64,000 nt of DNA from Opitutales bacterium (GTDB lineage: Bacteria > Verrucomicrobiota > Verrucomicrobiia > Opitutales > Coraliomargaritaceae): NCBI GenBank assembly GCA_049598495.1, contig JBMYNR010000002.1, positions 32,001 through 96,000 on the forward strand, read 5' to 3'. Both the position numbers and the translations under genes were made by a program. Below the pieces are notes generated by a model. It had not been told where the DNA came from. It made no database searches and saw only the letters and a list, made by a program, of their open reading frames with translations. Shown here piece by piece: positions 1-10,057 of this stretch (positions are counted from its first letter, which is position 1; each line of letters begins with the position of its first letter).

Positions 1-453
1 CCGCCAGAGCCGGAACAGGAGGAACCTCCACCAGAACTGAATACCCCTCCCCCACCGATCACACTGGAACAACTCGATATGGCCCTAAACCCGGGAACGG
101 GTGCCTCGCTTGCGGGCGACTTTGCCCTGCCGACCCTCGACATCAGTGGCAGCGATCTGGGTGGTTTGGAAATTTTTGATTTGGGCGATGTCGACTCGCC
201 ACCCAAGCCACGCACACGCATTGAGTTTAGCTATCCTTCCGCCGCTAAGCGCAAGGGCATCACCGGTGTGGTTAAAGTCGAATACGTGGTCAACGAACGT
301 GGCCGCGTCGAGCAGATCAATATCGTCGAATCCCCTGACAAGATTCTATCCAAGGGCACCGAGGAAGTCCTCGAGCGTGCCCGGTTCGAGCCCGCCCAAA
401 AAGGTGGCCGTGAAGTTAAAGTCCGCATGCGCGCCGCGATTCCTTACCGGTAA
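1..453 (+). CDS. tonB: TonB energy transducer, 5'-truncated by the window edge
   Basis: Frame open from base 1 with a Pro/Glu-rich linker ([13 protein letters not shown]) and a TonB C-terminal motif ([26 protein letters not shown]...RFEPAQKGG). Confidence 0.9.
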   Translation, partial: PPEPEQEEPPPELNTPPPPITLEQLDMALNPGTGASLAGDFALPTLDISGSDLGGLEIFDLGDVDSPPKPRTRIEFSYPSAAKRKGITGVVKVEYVVNERGRVEQINIVESPDKILSKGTEEVLERARFEPAQKGGREVKVRMRAAIPYR

Positions 454-539
454 CATTTAAGAAATTCGAATTAAGAAAGAAGGCCGCTCACATTCTCCTC
501 ATCCCATATCACAGATCACGTATCTCAAATCCCTTTCTC

Positions 540-1895
540 ATGAACAAGTTCATCGCACTCCTCCTTGCCGCCACGGTGGCGACCCACGCATCCATCGCGC
601 AGTCTAATATCAATAGCCAGCTCTGGAGCGACCCGACCTTCGTCAACGAGTTTCTCGGCAGCTATGGTTTCCTCGCAGGCGCAGAGCCGCCCCTCTCCGA
701 GGAAGAGAAAGAAGGTCTGCGAAACTTGATCGACCTGATCAAGGCAAGTCCTGCGGCGGCTATTCAGGCGCTGGAACCGCAGATTACAAAGAGCAGCAGC
801 GCCGCGTTCGACTTCATTCTGGCGAACCTGTATTTCCAGGAGGCCAATCTCGCCAAGGCAGAAACCTACTACACAAACGCAGTCGTCAAACATCCCGACT
901 TCCGCCGTGCATACAAAAACCTTGGTCTCGTACAAGTCCAGCAGGGCAATTTTGACAAGGCCATTAAAACCATCTCCAAAGCTATGGAGCTCGGTGAAGT
1001 CGACGGCCGTTCCTACGGCCTTCTTGGTTACGGTTATCTCACACAAGAGAAATACTACCCCGCCGAAGCGGCCTACCGGCAAGCGATCCTGATGCAGCCC
1101 GACGTCACCGACTGGAAGATCGGCCTCGCCCGCTGCCTCCTTGAAACCGAGCGCTATGCCGATGCGATCGCGATCTTTGAAACCCTGCTGATCGAAGAAC
1201 CGACCAACGCGGACTACTGGCTTCTTCAAGCCAACGCCTACCTCGGTAACGACCAACCGCTTGTCGCCGCCAAGAACCTCGACGTGGTTCGCCGTCTCGG
1301 CAAGGCCGAGCTCAGCACCCTCACCCTTCTCGGCGACATCTACATGAACGCCGACGCTGCAGAACTGGCTCTTGAGTCCTACCTCGCCGCAAGCGAACTG
1401 GCCACGCCTAGCGACAGCTCGGCTCTCATTCGCGCCGCTCAGCTTCTCAACCAGACGGGGAATGAAGACGAGGCTGAGACGATGATCACAAAAATCCGCA
1501 GCCAGATCGGCGAGGGGCTCTCGGAGGACGATGAGCTCACTCTCCTCAATATGGAGGCCAAGATCGCTCGCGCCCAGGGTGACGCGGAGGCCGCTGCCGA
1601 TCTGCTCACGCAGATCATCGAGCGGGACGCACTCAACGGCGAAGCCATTATCGAATTAGCAAATTTCTACGCAGATCAGGGAGAAATGGCTAAGGCGATC
1701 AACCGCTATGAACAGGCCCAGAAGATCGAAGCTTACGAGCGCAAGGCCTTGGTCGCCCACGCGCAGGCCCGTGTGCGCAACGAAGAATACGTAGAAGCTC
1801 TGCCACTTCTTCGCCGCGCCCTCCAGCTTGAGTCCGACAGCAACCTCGAAGATTACGCCAAACGCGTCGAACGAGCCGCCCGCGCCCAGGGTTAG
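540..1895 (+). CDS. Secreted TPR-repeat protein directly after tonB
   Basis: Sec signal peptide and many TPR-like helices ([28 protein letters not shown]). Confidence 0.88.
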   Translation: MNKFIALLLAATVATHASIAQSNINSQLWSDPTFVNEFLGSYGFLAGAEPPLSEEEKEGLRNLIDLIKASPAAAIQALEPQITKSSSAAFDFILANLYFQEANLAKAETYYTNAVVKHPDFRRAYKNLGLVQVQQGNFDKAIKTISKAMELGEVDGRSYGLLGYGYLTQEKYYPAEAAYRQAILMQPDVTDWKIGLARCLLETERYADAIAIFETLLIEEPTNADYWLLQANAYLGNDQPLVAAKNLDVVRRLGKAELSTLTLLGDIYMNADAAELALESYLAASELATPSDSSALIRAAQLLNQTGNEDEAETMITKIRSQIGEGLSEDDELTLLNMEAKIARAQGDAEAAADLLTQIIERDALNGEAIIELANFYADQGEMAKAINRYEQAQKIEAYERKALVAHAQARVRNEEYVEALPLLRRALQLESDSNLEDYAKRVERAARAQG

Positions 1896-1927
1896 AGAGG
1901 ACGCCCCGCTTCTGCAGGCATCGGATC

Positions 1928-1952
1928 GTAGTGACATCCGCTTGCGGATGTC
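1928..1952 (+). repeat. GTAG-type REP-like palindrome
   Basis: GTAG-T-GACATCCGC-TT-GCGGATGTC; perfect 9-bp stem after GTAG. Confidence 0.6.
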
Positions 1953-2149
1953 TCCGACTATCCCGGCATAGACACCGCCAACACACGAGCCCCGAACGGA
2001 TAAAGATACGCACGATAATGCACTCTTACCTCAGGCCGCGCCGTGCAATCGGCACCCATAGGCCAAACCCGGACAAGACAAGTCGGCGGACTCCGTCGGG
2101 TCGCGTTCCCGGGATCGCCAGACTCCCGTCTGGCTCAGGGCTGGAGCCA

Positions 2150-2539
2150 TCAGTAACCCAGCACCTCCAACCCCTCCACACGCGAGAACTCCCGCGCATT
2201 ACGTGTCACCACCGCCGCATCATTCGCCAGCGCCGTTGCTGCGATCCAGAGATCATTGGCACCGATCATCTTTCCATCCCGCTGCAGTTGTCGGTAGGCC
2301 TGCCCAAATCTCCATGCGACTTCCGGTGTGTATTCATACAACCGAAACGGTTTGATAAAACGCTCCCACTTCGCACGATCGATCCCCAGCGATCGCCCAG
2401 CGGCCAACTCGCCGGCAATGGTAAACGTTATTGCAAACGCGGTGTTTTCGTGCGCTGCCAAAAAGGCGACCGCTCCATCCAGCAAGCCCCGTTTCCGATC
2501 CCTTTCGAAATCCACCAGAAACGTTGAATCCAAAATCAT
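2150..2539 (-). CDS. vapC: VapC PIN-domain toxin
   Basis: MILDSTFLVD...GELAAG...GANDLWIAATAL...VTRNAREFSRVEGL PIN motifs. Confidence 0.92.
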   Translation of the reverse strand: MILDSTFLVDFERDRKRGLLDGAVAFLAAHENTAFAITFTIAGELAAGRSLGIDRAKWERFIKPFRLYEYTPEVAWRFGQAYRQLQRDGKMIGANDLWIAATALANDAAVVTRNAREFSRVEGLEVLGY

Positions 2540-2760
2540 GGGATATCCGGAGGGGCATCATTCACATTGAGGGCATCAATCGCATCAAAATCCCCATCAT
2601 CCAAAAAGACCTCCCTCGCGAGCAATTCGCGTCCACATATACCCGCAACCGGAACCTGCACACGCCGCACCACCTCTGAGAACGACTCTCGCGGAAAGCG
2701 CTTGGCAGACTTCAGCTTTTCATAAGCATCCAGCTCTAAACTGATCGTTTTGGTTGGCAT
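2536..2760 (-). CDS. vapB: VapB-type antitoxin
   Basis: MPTKTISLELDAYEKLKSAK...ESFSEVVRR; 4-bp overlap with the PIN gene; start set at the ATG at 2760. Confidence 0.85.
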   Translation of the reverse strand: MPTKTISLELDAYEKLKSAKRFPRESFSEVVRRVQVPVAGICGRELLAREVFLDDGDFDAIDALNVNDAPPDIP

Positions 2761-2766
2761 ACAACT

Positions 2767-2790
2767 ATTCATGCATGAGTATGCATGAAT
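2767..2790. promoter_or_regulatory. Inverted repeat, likely TA autoregulatory operator
   Basis: ATTCATGCAT-GAGT-ATGCATGAAT, a perfect 10-bp inverted repeat just upstream of the antitoxin start. Confidence 0.6.
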
Positions 2791-2791
2791 G

Positions 2792-3220
2792 TCAATCCAG
2801 CGGATGCCGCCACATCAAGGGCGCGTATCTCGCAAAACCACGATCCAGACTGGCCCACTCGTACCCATACTCGATCGCAAGCGCCGCGTGGTAGGCATCC
2901 GGAATTCGATTGCCCGTCGCCTCAAATGTAGAGAGCAATTTAACGAAGATGCTCCAGTGCTCCGAACCGGGAACCGCAATACGCACGGATCCGCGCGCCC
3001 GGAAATCCTCCACAAACTCTATGGCTTCGGCTAGGGGTGTCGGCTCCCGAAACACCCTCGGATGCGTCACAACGCGCAGGAACCCGCTGAGAACCAACTC
3101 TGAAACACCGACCCCGGAGTAGCTTTTCATCTCTGCAGCCAGCCAGTCGCGAATCGCGCCATGATGGGGCGCATCCTCACGATGCGCTTCGACCAAAATG
3201 TTGACGTCCAGTAGCTTCAC
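2792..3220 (-). CDS. vapC: VapC PIN-domain toxin (second module)
   Basis: MKLLDVNILVEAH...GFLRVVTHPRVF...GNRIPDAYHAALAIE...SLDRGFARY. Confidence 0.92.
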   Translation of the reverse strand: MKLLDVNILVEAHREDAPHHGAIRDWLAAEMKSYSGVGVSELVLSGFLRVVTHPRVFREPTPLAEAIEFVEDFRARGSVRIAVPGSEHWSIFVKLLSTFEATGNRIPDAYHAALAIEYGYEWASLDRGFARYAPLMWRHPLD

Positions 3221-3223
3221 CGC

Positions 3224-3469
3224 TCAATCGGTCCCGTCCATCAAGTCGCCGAGCGCGGCGTTATCGCTCAACGGCACACCAGGACGGAGGCCACCACCCT
3301 TGTAGGTTTTCAAAGGCCTGCCTTCCTCCGCCCCGACCAACGGCGCCTTCTCAATGAGACGGTAGCGCAGCGCATCGTTGACGATGTCGCTCAACGTGCA
3401 CTTCTCCCGAATCGCCTGCTCTTTTGCCCGCTCCAGTAAGCTGTCCTGTATACCCACGGTCGTTCTCAT
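3224..3469 (-). CDS. vapB: VapB ribbon-helix-helix antitoxin
   Basis: MRTTVGIQDSLLERAK...TLSDIVNDALR; directly upstream of the PIN gene. Confidence 0.88.
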   Translation of the reverse strand: MRTTVGIQDSLLERAKEQAIREKCTLSDIVNDALRYRLIEKAPLVGAEEGRPLKTYKGGGLRPGVPLSDNAALGDLMDGTD

Positions 3470-3490
3470 TACATGATGATGTATTAGCTA

Positions 3491-3504
3491 TGCATCATGA
3501 TGCA
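3491..3504. promoter_or_regulatory. Palindrome, likely TA operator
   Basis: TGCATCATGATGCA, a perfect 14-bp palindrome about 20 bp upstream of vapB. Confidence 0.55.
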
Positions 3505-3636
3505 AACTAAAATATTCCTCCGAAGCATAACCGCCCCCCTTCGTTCACCAATCCTCAACCATTCTGTAACTCGAAACAGAAGCTTCACCAACGTCACCTG
3601 AACGTCGGTAGCCCTCGGGCCCGCGCTGCGATATAA

Positions 3637-4419
3637 TTGTGCGTGATGATCACACGTTTTCCTATTCTTCTCGTAGCCTCCGTGCTGCTCGCCGTCGCGG
3701 CGCACGCCAACACTCACGACCCGCAACTTCAGAAAGTCCTGCACAAGCACCTCGATGCCATGGGCGGCCTCGCCAACTGGAACCGGGTCGAGAGCATCCA
3801 GCTCAACGGCACGATCGAGCGCGACGGACAGTTCGTCGACCTCGTTATCGTCAAAAAGCGCCCCAACCAGATCCGAGCGACCGTCACCATTCCGGTGCCT
3901 GGCAAAGAGGACGAGTTTTTCCAGATCATCCGCGCCCACGACGGCAAGACCGCCTGGACCGCAACGCGCCTCGCCGGCCAGCTCGACATGACCCGAGAAG
4001 TACTCCCCGAAGAAGCTGCCGCCAAACTCCTAGCCGACGCCGGTGTCCTCCCCCCGCTTATCAAACTCTGGCGCGGAGACGCCGACTTGAAACTCCTTGT
4101 TTCTGAGGTTATAGACAGCCAGAATTATCACACCATCCGCGTGACGGGTGAGGATTTTCCCAGCGAATACACCTTCTACCTCGACGCCGAGACTTACTTC
4201 GTCACACAGTACGAAACCGTCCACCCGACTCATGGCGTTACCCGCACATCACTGGGCGATTACACGAAAACGCACAACGTTCTCCTCCCGAAGCGTAACG
4301 AGATTCAGGCAGATCAGACCGGCCAATCCATCATGACTACGGATTCAATCAAAGTCGGGGTCGGCATCTACCGGGAGTATTTCGAGGCAGACAACCTGCC
4401 GAATACTGCCAAGCTATAA
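3637..4419 (+). CDS. Secreted LolA-like / outer-membrane lipoprotein-sorting family protein
   Basis: Signal peptide; HLDAMGGLANWNRVESIQLNGT...KRPNQIR...HDGKTAW motifs typical of this fold family. Paralogues at 5570 and 50318. Confidence 0.7.
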   Translation: MCVMITRFPILLVASVLLAVAAHANTHDPQLQKVLHKHLDAMGGLANWNRVESIQLNGTIERDGQFVDLVIVKKRPNQIRATVTIPVPGKEDEFFQIIRAHDGKTAWTATRLAGQLDMTREVLPEEAAAKLLADAGVLPPLIKLWRGDADLKLLVSEVIDSQNYHTIRVTGEDFPSEYTFYLDAETYFVTQYETVHPTHGVTRTSLGDYTKTHNVLLPKRNEIQADQTGQSIMTTDSIKVGVGIYREYFEADNLPNTAKL

Positions 4420-4425
4420 TTGAAC

Positions 4426-5481
4426 TCAATTCAGCAATGGGCGCTCAACCGGATCAACCTGCAGGTTCCGGAAACTCCGCATCCCGCCCCATTCGGCGCA
4501 GCGCATAGGGTAGGCATTACACTTCCGAACTAGGCCGTATCGGCTCTTCCACTGCCCACCCAAATCCGACAGAAAATGTTCTGAACCGATCGCTGTGCCC
4601 GCAGTGAAATAACGGACTCGAGTGCGTAGCACATCCGACAGCGGCAGCTTTCCCCCATCCGCGATGATTCTGTCCGCACGTCCCGGATCAACTCGGCCAC
4701 GGTCTTTGACTAAGGTCCCCTTACTCGTCATGCCTTTGCCGTAGAGAATCACCCGATAATCCGGCAATAGTTCGCTCCACATCGCACTACCGCAAAATAC
4801 ACCCTGGTAGCCCATGCGAGCTGCCCGACGCCCCCGCATAGCTGCGCCATAGCTGCTGAACGCATAATCCTCAGGGTCATCGACTAATCCTGCGCGCACC
4901 GGGTTCAGATCGATGTAGGCTGCAACGGTGGTCAGCGCTTCCCTGGAAGACTCCACCACCACACTCGTGAAGCGTTTCGCCCAAATCGTTCCTTTATTCT
5001 GGTGTCGATGATTGTACCAAATCCCGAACCGCTGTTTCAATTCCCGCATAAAGACTGAAAGGTCGTGCATCCGCGCAAGGATTCGCACCCGCAAGGCCTG
5101 CCCCTCCTCCTCATTCCGTTCCAGCAGTCCGGCCAAGACATCGGGAGCCGCCGAAGATGCCGGACAGTGCTTCGAATCATAAAGTAAGCGGTAGCGGCGC
5201 AGTAGCTCCGCATCGGTGATCGCCACATCCTCCGGCACCGCCACCAGCAGGTGGAAGTGGTTTCCCATCACGCAATAGGCCAGCACATCCACTCCACAGA
5301 AACCCGCCTGCCTACGCAACATTTCGACGAACACCCGTTTTGCTTCATCGTCGAAAAGATACTGCCCGCACGAAGTCCGGCTCATCACATGATAACCCCC
5401 CCGCTGCCCCTCGACCAACAAACGCCCCCGATACCCCGCACGCCTCAGATAACTCGCTTCCATAACTTCACACTCACCCAT
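4426..5481 (-). mobile_element. REP-associated tyrosine transposase (RAYT)-like HUH/Y1 transposase with a C-terminal extension
   Basis: YHVMSR, AYCVMGNHFHLLV (HUH) and YIDLNPVRAGLV (catalytic Tyr). No terminal inverted repeats seen. Confidence 0.88.
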
Positions 5482-5517
5482 CCAGCCAAATTGAGCAAGC
5501 TCATTCTTAATAAATAG

Positions 5518-5586
5518 CCTGTGTATTTTAAGATCCTGTGTATTTTAAGATCCTGTATTTTAAGATCCTGTGTATTTTAAGATCCT
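5518..5586. repeat. Tandem array of CCTGTGTATTTTAAGAT (4 units, the third only 15 bp) plus a trailing CCT
   Basis: Units at 5518-5534, 5535-5551, 5552-5566 (TG missing) and 5567-5583; immediately 5' of the transposase gene. Confidence 0.97.
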
Positions 5587-5926
5587 CGAAGGAACTGATA
5601 TAGCACTTTCAGATGTAAGTGATTTCAACGGAGAACCCGCGTATATCCTCGAAGTTCACCAAGCATTTGCACTGACGCATTTTTATATTTCTACCGACAG
5701 CTACCGAATGCTGGGCTCTGAAAAAATATCCGCTGAAGGCCGCACCGCTACGACATACGAAGCATATCAATTGAATAATGGCGTCTACATCCCAACCGTA
5801 TCAGTAATCGAATCTGAAGGCACTGGTCATTCAATCATTACAACTGAATCAATCGAGATCGGAGTAGGTATCTACGAAGAGTATTTCGAATATACACCAT
5901 CTCATCAAACCGCGCACACGCGATGA
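5570..5926 (+). pseudogene. 5'-truncated paralogue of the 3637-4419 LolA-like gene (C-terminal half only)
   Basis: TGHSIITTESIEIGVGIYEEYFE matches TGQSIMTTDSIKVGVGIYREYFE. No signal peptide; the ORF starts inside the tandem array. Confidence 0.8.
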
Positions 5927-5975
5927 GGACGACCCCCATGAAACCACATGTTGTTTGAAGGCCTACGGCGGGGGC

Positions 5976-5993
5976 ATGTAACATTAAATTCAC
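5976..5993 (+). promoter_or_regulatory. Weak Pho-box-like site
   Basis: ATGTAAC-ATTA-AATTCAC with 7-4-7 spacing, upstream of the 6038 ORF. Confidence 0.3.
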
Positions 5994-6037
5994 ACAAGTA
6001 ATATTGAACGATTCTCTAATCGCTAAAATATTGCGAC

Positions 6038-6715
6038 ATGCTAAATCCACTAAAAGCATGGCAGAGAAGATTATGCAAAGGCACTTTGCTTATTTTGGTG
6101 TGTCTGTTTGCGAGACATGCAAGTGGTGAATCTGACTACTATAAGCTCCGAGGTGTATTGCATTTAGATAGAGAATGGCTTTTTAGCCTAAGTACGGAAA
6201 ACGCCTCAAATGCTTTGTGGGCAAAGATTGGGCAGAACCCATACGGGATCTTCGTAATCGGCTTCGACGAATCGACCCAGAGGCTCCGGCTCAGTATTCA
6301 CGGGCAAGAAACGGAACTGCAGCTAGAGAATAAACTCGAAATTCCTGTCGAACTCATTGTAAGCGAGGCCACATCATTGCATTCTCGGAACGAAAGATAC
6401 CGAGAGGCCGTCCGAATAGCAGCGACTTTCCTCATTCAGACGCCGAGAGCAGACATACTTGATGCACCGATCGACGAGACCTACAGAAGAGTGCTTGAGG
6501 AATCCCGTAATGAGATTGCTGCGCGCACATCCAGCCCGATCGGGCCGACAGACAATACGGAGACCCGTGTAGACCCCAATCAACTCGATCTATTTAATAC
6601 TTTTCAGTGGGATGTACAATTAGAGTTAAGGCACCAAATTCAGCTTAAAATCGCAGAAGCCAATCCGACAGTAATCCCAGTAGTGGAGCAGGCCTGGGAA
6701 AACGGTCAACGTTGA
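6038..6715 (+). CDS. Hypothetical exported or membrane-anchored protein
   Basis: 225-aa ORF with an N-terminal hydrophobic segment; no recognised domain. Confidence 0.6.
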   Translation: MLNPLKAWQRRLCKGTLLILVCLFARHASGESDYYKLRGVLHLDREWLFSLSTENASNALWAKIGQNPYGIFVIGFDESTQRLRLSIHGQETELQLENKLEIPVELIVSEATSLHSRNERYREAVRIAATFLIQTPRADILDAPIDETYRRVLEESRNEIAARTSSPIGPTDNTETRVDPNQLDLFNTFQWDVQLELRHQIQLKIAEANPTVIPVVEQAWENGQR

Positions 6716-7500
6716 ATGGACTGCTGAAGAGCTGACTCGTTCTCCACTTGCAATTGAATCTCTTCAATCAGCTCACTTAGATCTGATTCGTTGAGAAGTC
6801 TACCGTTGCTATCAATGAGCGCAGAATATCCATGGCTCTGGCGCTGGTGGGCGAACATCTTGAGATAGGATGGAGTGATCCATCCATACATGACTGGATA
6901 ATGCCAACCGATTTGAAAAACATTCTCGAGCAAATCATCATCGTCGATATCCAGAGCTAGAGCCACTGGTAAAACACCGAGTTCTTGGAGCAATTCGGAG
7001 TGCTCTTGCAAGGCAAGCAATTCTCCTGAGGATGATTCGATTTTAAAGTCCACGTAACAGACAAGTAGATAGTTCACATCCTCAAAATCGTACAGCTGCG
7101 TGGAGCGAAATTCCCTGTCCTCCTCGAGCACAAAAAACTTGTTATACAAGCGTGTGATATAGAGGTCATTTCGGAAATCTTCTCGATCACTTGCTTTTTC
7201 CACCAGCTGTTCGGCCGAATCCAGAATATCGGTCTGGTCGATTCTGACCTGGCGCACGCCATCGCGTCCAAAATCGATTAGAACCATCTCCCCTTCTACA
7301 CGGGAAAGTATGCCACTCCAACCCTCTGGAATCGTCAGAGCGTCATCTTCAGACGAGAAAATTACTTCTTCGGTAAGGGTTACTCGAGAAGGCCAATATT
7401 TAGAAAGGATGTGAAGATTGCTCTCATCGACATTGGAATGAAGCAGTAATGGCGTGGTGAAGAGTGAAATAGTGGTAACAAGGAGATTTACAGTCTTCAT
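6706..7500 (-). CDS. Hypothetical secreted protein
   Basis: 264-aa ORF with a signal-like N-terminus; downstream of the PEP-CTERM gene on the same strand. Confidence 0.7.
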   Translation of the reverse strand: MKTVNLLVTTISLFTTPLLLHSNVDESNLHILSKYWPSRVTLTEEVIFSSEDDALTIPEGWSGILSRVEGEMVLIDFGRDGVRQVRIDQTDILDSAEQLVEKASDREDFRNDLYITRLYNKFFVLEEDREFRSTQLYDFEDVNYLLVCYVDFKIESSSGELLALQEHSELLQELGVLPVALALDIDDDDLLENVFQIGWHYPVMYGWITPSYLKMFAHQRQSHGYSALIDSNGRLLNESDLSELIEEIQLQVENESALQQSIQR

Positions 7501-7518
7501 AGATGATCGATTGATATA

Positions 7519-7550
7519 GAAAAGGCGTAGGGCATTTGCCCTACGCCTTT
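7519..7550 (-). terminator. Intrinsic terminator after the PEP-CTERM gene
   Basis: Perfect inverted repeat AAAGGCGTAGGGCA-TT-TGCCCTACGCCTTT; T-run on the minus strand. Confidence 0.75.
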
Positions 7551-7568
7551 AAAATGAAACAAGTAGTA

Positions 7569-8318
7569 TTACTTGCGACGACGGATAGCAACAAAACCAA
7601 GCGCGATAACACCAGCAAGAGCGGCGAACGCACTGGGCTCAGGAACAACAGTACCGTAAACAGCAACGTTGTCGAGGAGGACAAACTCGTCGCCGAAGGC
7701 ATTTGCATCGTTCAGGCCTGTGAATGAGAGGCGGAAGAAAATTTCGCTGGATGCTGTTGCGTCAGCAAAACCAAAGAAAGAACCTCCTTCATCACCACCA
7801 GCAACTGCGTCAGAACCAAGGTTCAGATAGTTTGAGCCATCGAAGCTGTACTCCCAATCAAGAGTAACACCATCAGCGACACTACCACCGATACCTGCAG
7901 CGTAGCTGAGGCCCCAAGTGTTGAAAGCAGAGCCAGCATTAACAGCGATCACTACGTTTCCGGGGAAACCAGCAGTGTAACCATCAAGCAGCAAAGAGTT
8001 ACTACCGGAGAAATCCTCAGATGGAAGAGGACGAGTTGTGATGTCAGCGTTACTTGCAAGACCTGCTGGGTTGTTCGAATAAACAACATTAGAACCACCA
8101 GTTGAGTCTGTGGAGCCAAACTGACCATCGAAATGCACAGCACCGAAGTTGCCAGCATTCACGTCAGGCGCAAGGTCTGTAGTCTCGGCAGAGATGAAAG
8201 GGAGGCCGCCTGAATAATCAGTCACATCCGTAAAATCCCAACCTGCAATAAGGCTTTGAGCATTGGCGGCTGCAACTGACAAAAGAGATGCAGCAGCGAT
8301 GTATGTATATTTTTTCAT
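7569..8318 (-). CDS. PEP-CTERM sorting-domain surface protein
   Basis: Signal peptide and C-terminal VPEPSAFAALAGVIALGFVAIRRRK. Confidence 0.95.
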   Translation of the reverse strand: MKKYTYIAAASLLSVAAANAQSLIAGWDFTDVTDYSGGLPFISAETTDLAPDVNAGNFGAVHFDGQFGSTDSTGGSNVVYSNNPAGLASNADITTRPLPSEDFSGSNSLLLDGYTAGFPGNVVIAVNAGSAFNTWGLSYAAGIGGSVADGVTLDWEYSFDGSNYLNLGSDAVAGGDEGGSFFGFADATASSEIFFRLSFTGLNDANAFGDEFVLLDNVAVYGTVVPEPSAFAALAGVIALGFVAIRRRK

Positions 8319-8381
8319 TTTTAACTTAGTCGGATTAAATACTTCCCTACCCCAATACGAGGCAGGGAAGTAGATTAAATC

Positions 8382-9953
8382 TTAGAGACGGTCAACGATG
8401 ATTCCAGCAGTATTGAGAGCTGTCCAACCTGTTGTCCAGAGCTCAAGAGAAGCATTCGGTTGGAATGCACCACGGTATGACTGGGCGTCGAAGAAGTTGC
8501 TGCCCAGATCGACTGTGCTGCCCCATGCTGCGGAACTATCAGGATTAGGAACTGGATTGAATGTACCACCAGTCAGATCAGAAAGATCGATGCCACCTTG
8601 GTCGACAGCGAAGAAACCTGTACCAACTTGGCCGAAACCTGGGTCAGCGCTAGCAATATTTGCTTCGGATTCACCTTCAGTGTTGTTGATGATACCTTCT
8701 TCGAAAGCAGAGTTCGCGATAGTGGCAGCTGTGCCAGAACCAACATTGAAGAAAGTAAGACCAGCGATGTTGAATGTGCCGGCTGTTACACGATTTTGAG
8801 ACTTAACACTTGGGTAGCCGAACAGAACAGGGAGATCAGTGCCCGCAAAAAGAACACCACCAGTGTTGTCAACGCGAAGACCCTTGGTGGATGGGAAACC
8901 AGCGATCAGGCTATTCTTGAAGCTGCCACCGAAACCACGACGGAAGCGTGTAGCAGTATCATCAGAGCCGAGCATACCGATAACTGTGAAGTTAGCAAGG
9001 TGCGCGGAAGCAAATGGACGACCGTCAGCAGAGATGTTGTCTTCGTCACCATTACCTGGAGTGCCGTCGAAATCATCTGTGTCATCCCCATCAAGCTCAA
9101 TAGCGTGGTCAGCTGTGATTGTGTTACCATTTACGATCAAAACGTTCTGAGCGAAACCGTTCCAGCCGTGGTCACCGTCGAAGCCATCGTCATCGTGGCC
9201 GAAAAGAACGAGATTCTTAACACCAACTGTGCCACCGAAGATTTCGATACCGTCATCACCGGAACCGAAGACTTCAACGAACTGAACCTTAGTGCCAAAA
9301 CCTACACCACCGAGTGTGAGGCCTTGAATCTCTTGACCATCAACAATAACGTCACCGGAGTAACGGATTGAGATGTATTCAAGAACACCAGAGTTGTCAT
9401 TCGCATCGAAGCCACCGTAGAGGCTACGGGCATCCTCTGTGATACCTTCAATGTAAGCTTCACCAGGAGAACCAGTGTCAACAGTACCTACATTACAAGG
9501 AGCATTACCAAGAACAACCAAAGCGCCCCAGAGATTAGCAGCTACAGCGATTGGAGATGTTTTTGGAGCTGCATCCAAGAATGTATCACCAGATGTCCAG
9601 CGACCATTGGAGTCGTCAGCAGCAGTTGTGAAAATGATAGGATTACTTTGTGTGCCTGAAGCATTAATCTTACCATCACGAGTGATGACAAGAAGGCCAG
9701 GCTCACCACCCACGTCAGGTTGACCACGAACGATCACACCTTCTTGGATTGTAAGAGTCGCGTCGTTTTGAACGAAGAGAGGACCCTCAAGAATGAACTC
9801 ACCGTTAGCAGGAAGAGTTAGGTCGCCAGTCAGGTTAAAGGAACCGTCACCCACATCAGTGATCTGAGAGAAGTTCGCGTTTACAAGAGATGTCTGTGCG
9901 AAAGCAGATGTGGCCATCGCAGCAGCAGCAATTGTTAGTGTAAGTTTTTTCAT
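8382..9953 (-). CDS. Secreted Gly/Asp-rich beta-helix-like protein associated with the TonB-dependent receptor (ElpS-like by recollection)
   Basis: Signal peptide (AFA); motifs NPIIFT, WGALVVLGNAP, DNSGVLEYISIRYSG, GLTLGGVG, DDGIEIFGGTV, DDDGFDGDHGW and YRGAF...WTTGWT. Confidence 0.75.
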   Translation of the reverse strand: MKKLTLTIAAAAMATSAFAQTSLVNANFSQITDVGDGSFNLTGDLTLPANGEFILEGPLFVQNDATLTIQEGVIVRGQPDVGGEPGLLVITRDGKINASGTQSNPIIFTTAADDSNGRWTSGDTFLDAAPKTSPIAVAANLWGALVVLGNAPCNVGTVDTGSPGEAYIEGITEDARSLYGGFDANDNSGVLEYISIRYSGDVIVDGQEIQGLTLGGVGFGTKVQFVEVFGSGDDGIEIFGGTVGVKNLVLFGHDDDGFDGDHGWNGFAQNVLIVNGNTITADHAIELDGDDTDDFDGTPGNGDEDNISADGRPFASAHLANFTVIGMLGSDDTATRFRRGFGGSFKNSLIAGFPSTKGLRVDNTGGVLFAGTDLPVLFGYPSVKSQNRVTAGTFNIAGLTFFNVGSGTAATIANSAFEEGIINNTEGESEANIASADPGFGQVGTGFFAVDQGGIDLSDLTGGTFNPVPNPDSSAAWGSTVDLGSNFFDAQSYRGAFQPNASLELWTTGWTALNTAGIIVDRL

Positions 9954-10057
9954 AGTAGAATTTAAGTTATGATGAAGCCTGAGAAGTCAGGCGTATAGAG
10001 TGTAGTTCAGAATAGTCACAGTCTTGCGGTACAAATGTTACGATTTTGTAAACTAGA

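Noticed and set aside
1931..2527. 198-aa plus-strand ORF and the many other antisense ORFs in the track (e.g. 8598-9371, 21831-22703, 48456-49463, 61668-62603)
   Set aside because: They are shadows of well-supported genes on the opposite strand or frame and show no recognisable motifs.
4426..5481. Canonical IS200/IS605 element with TnpB
   Set aside because: The protein is much longer than IS200 TnpA, has the RAYT-type NPVRAG motif, and no tnpB or end hairpins are present.
5518..5586. Tandem array as a CRISPR array
   Set aside because: The units are contiguous with no spacers, only 15-17 bp long, and no cas genes are present.
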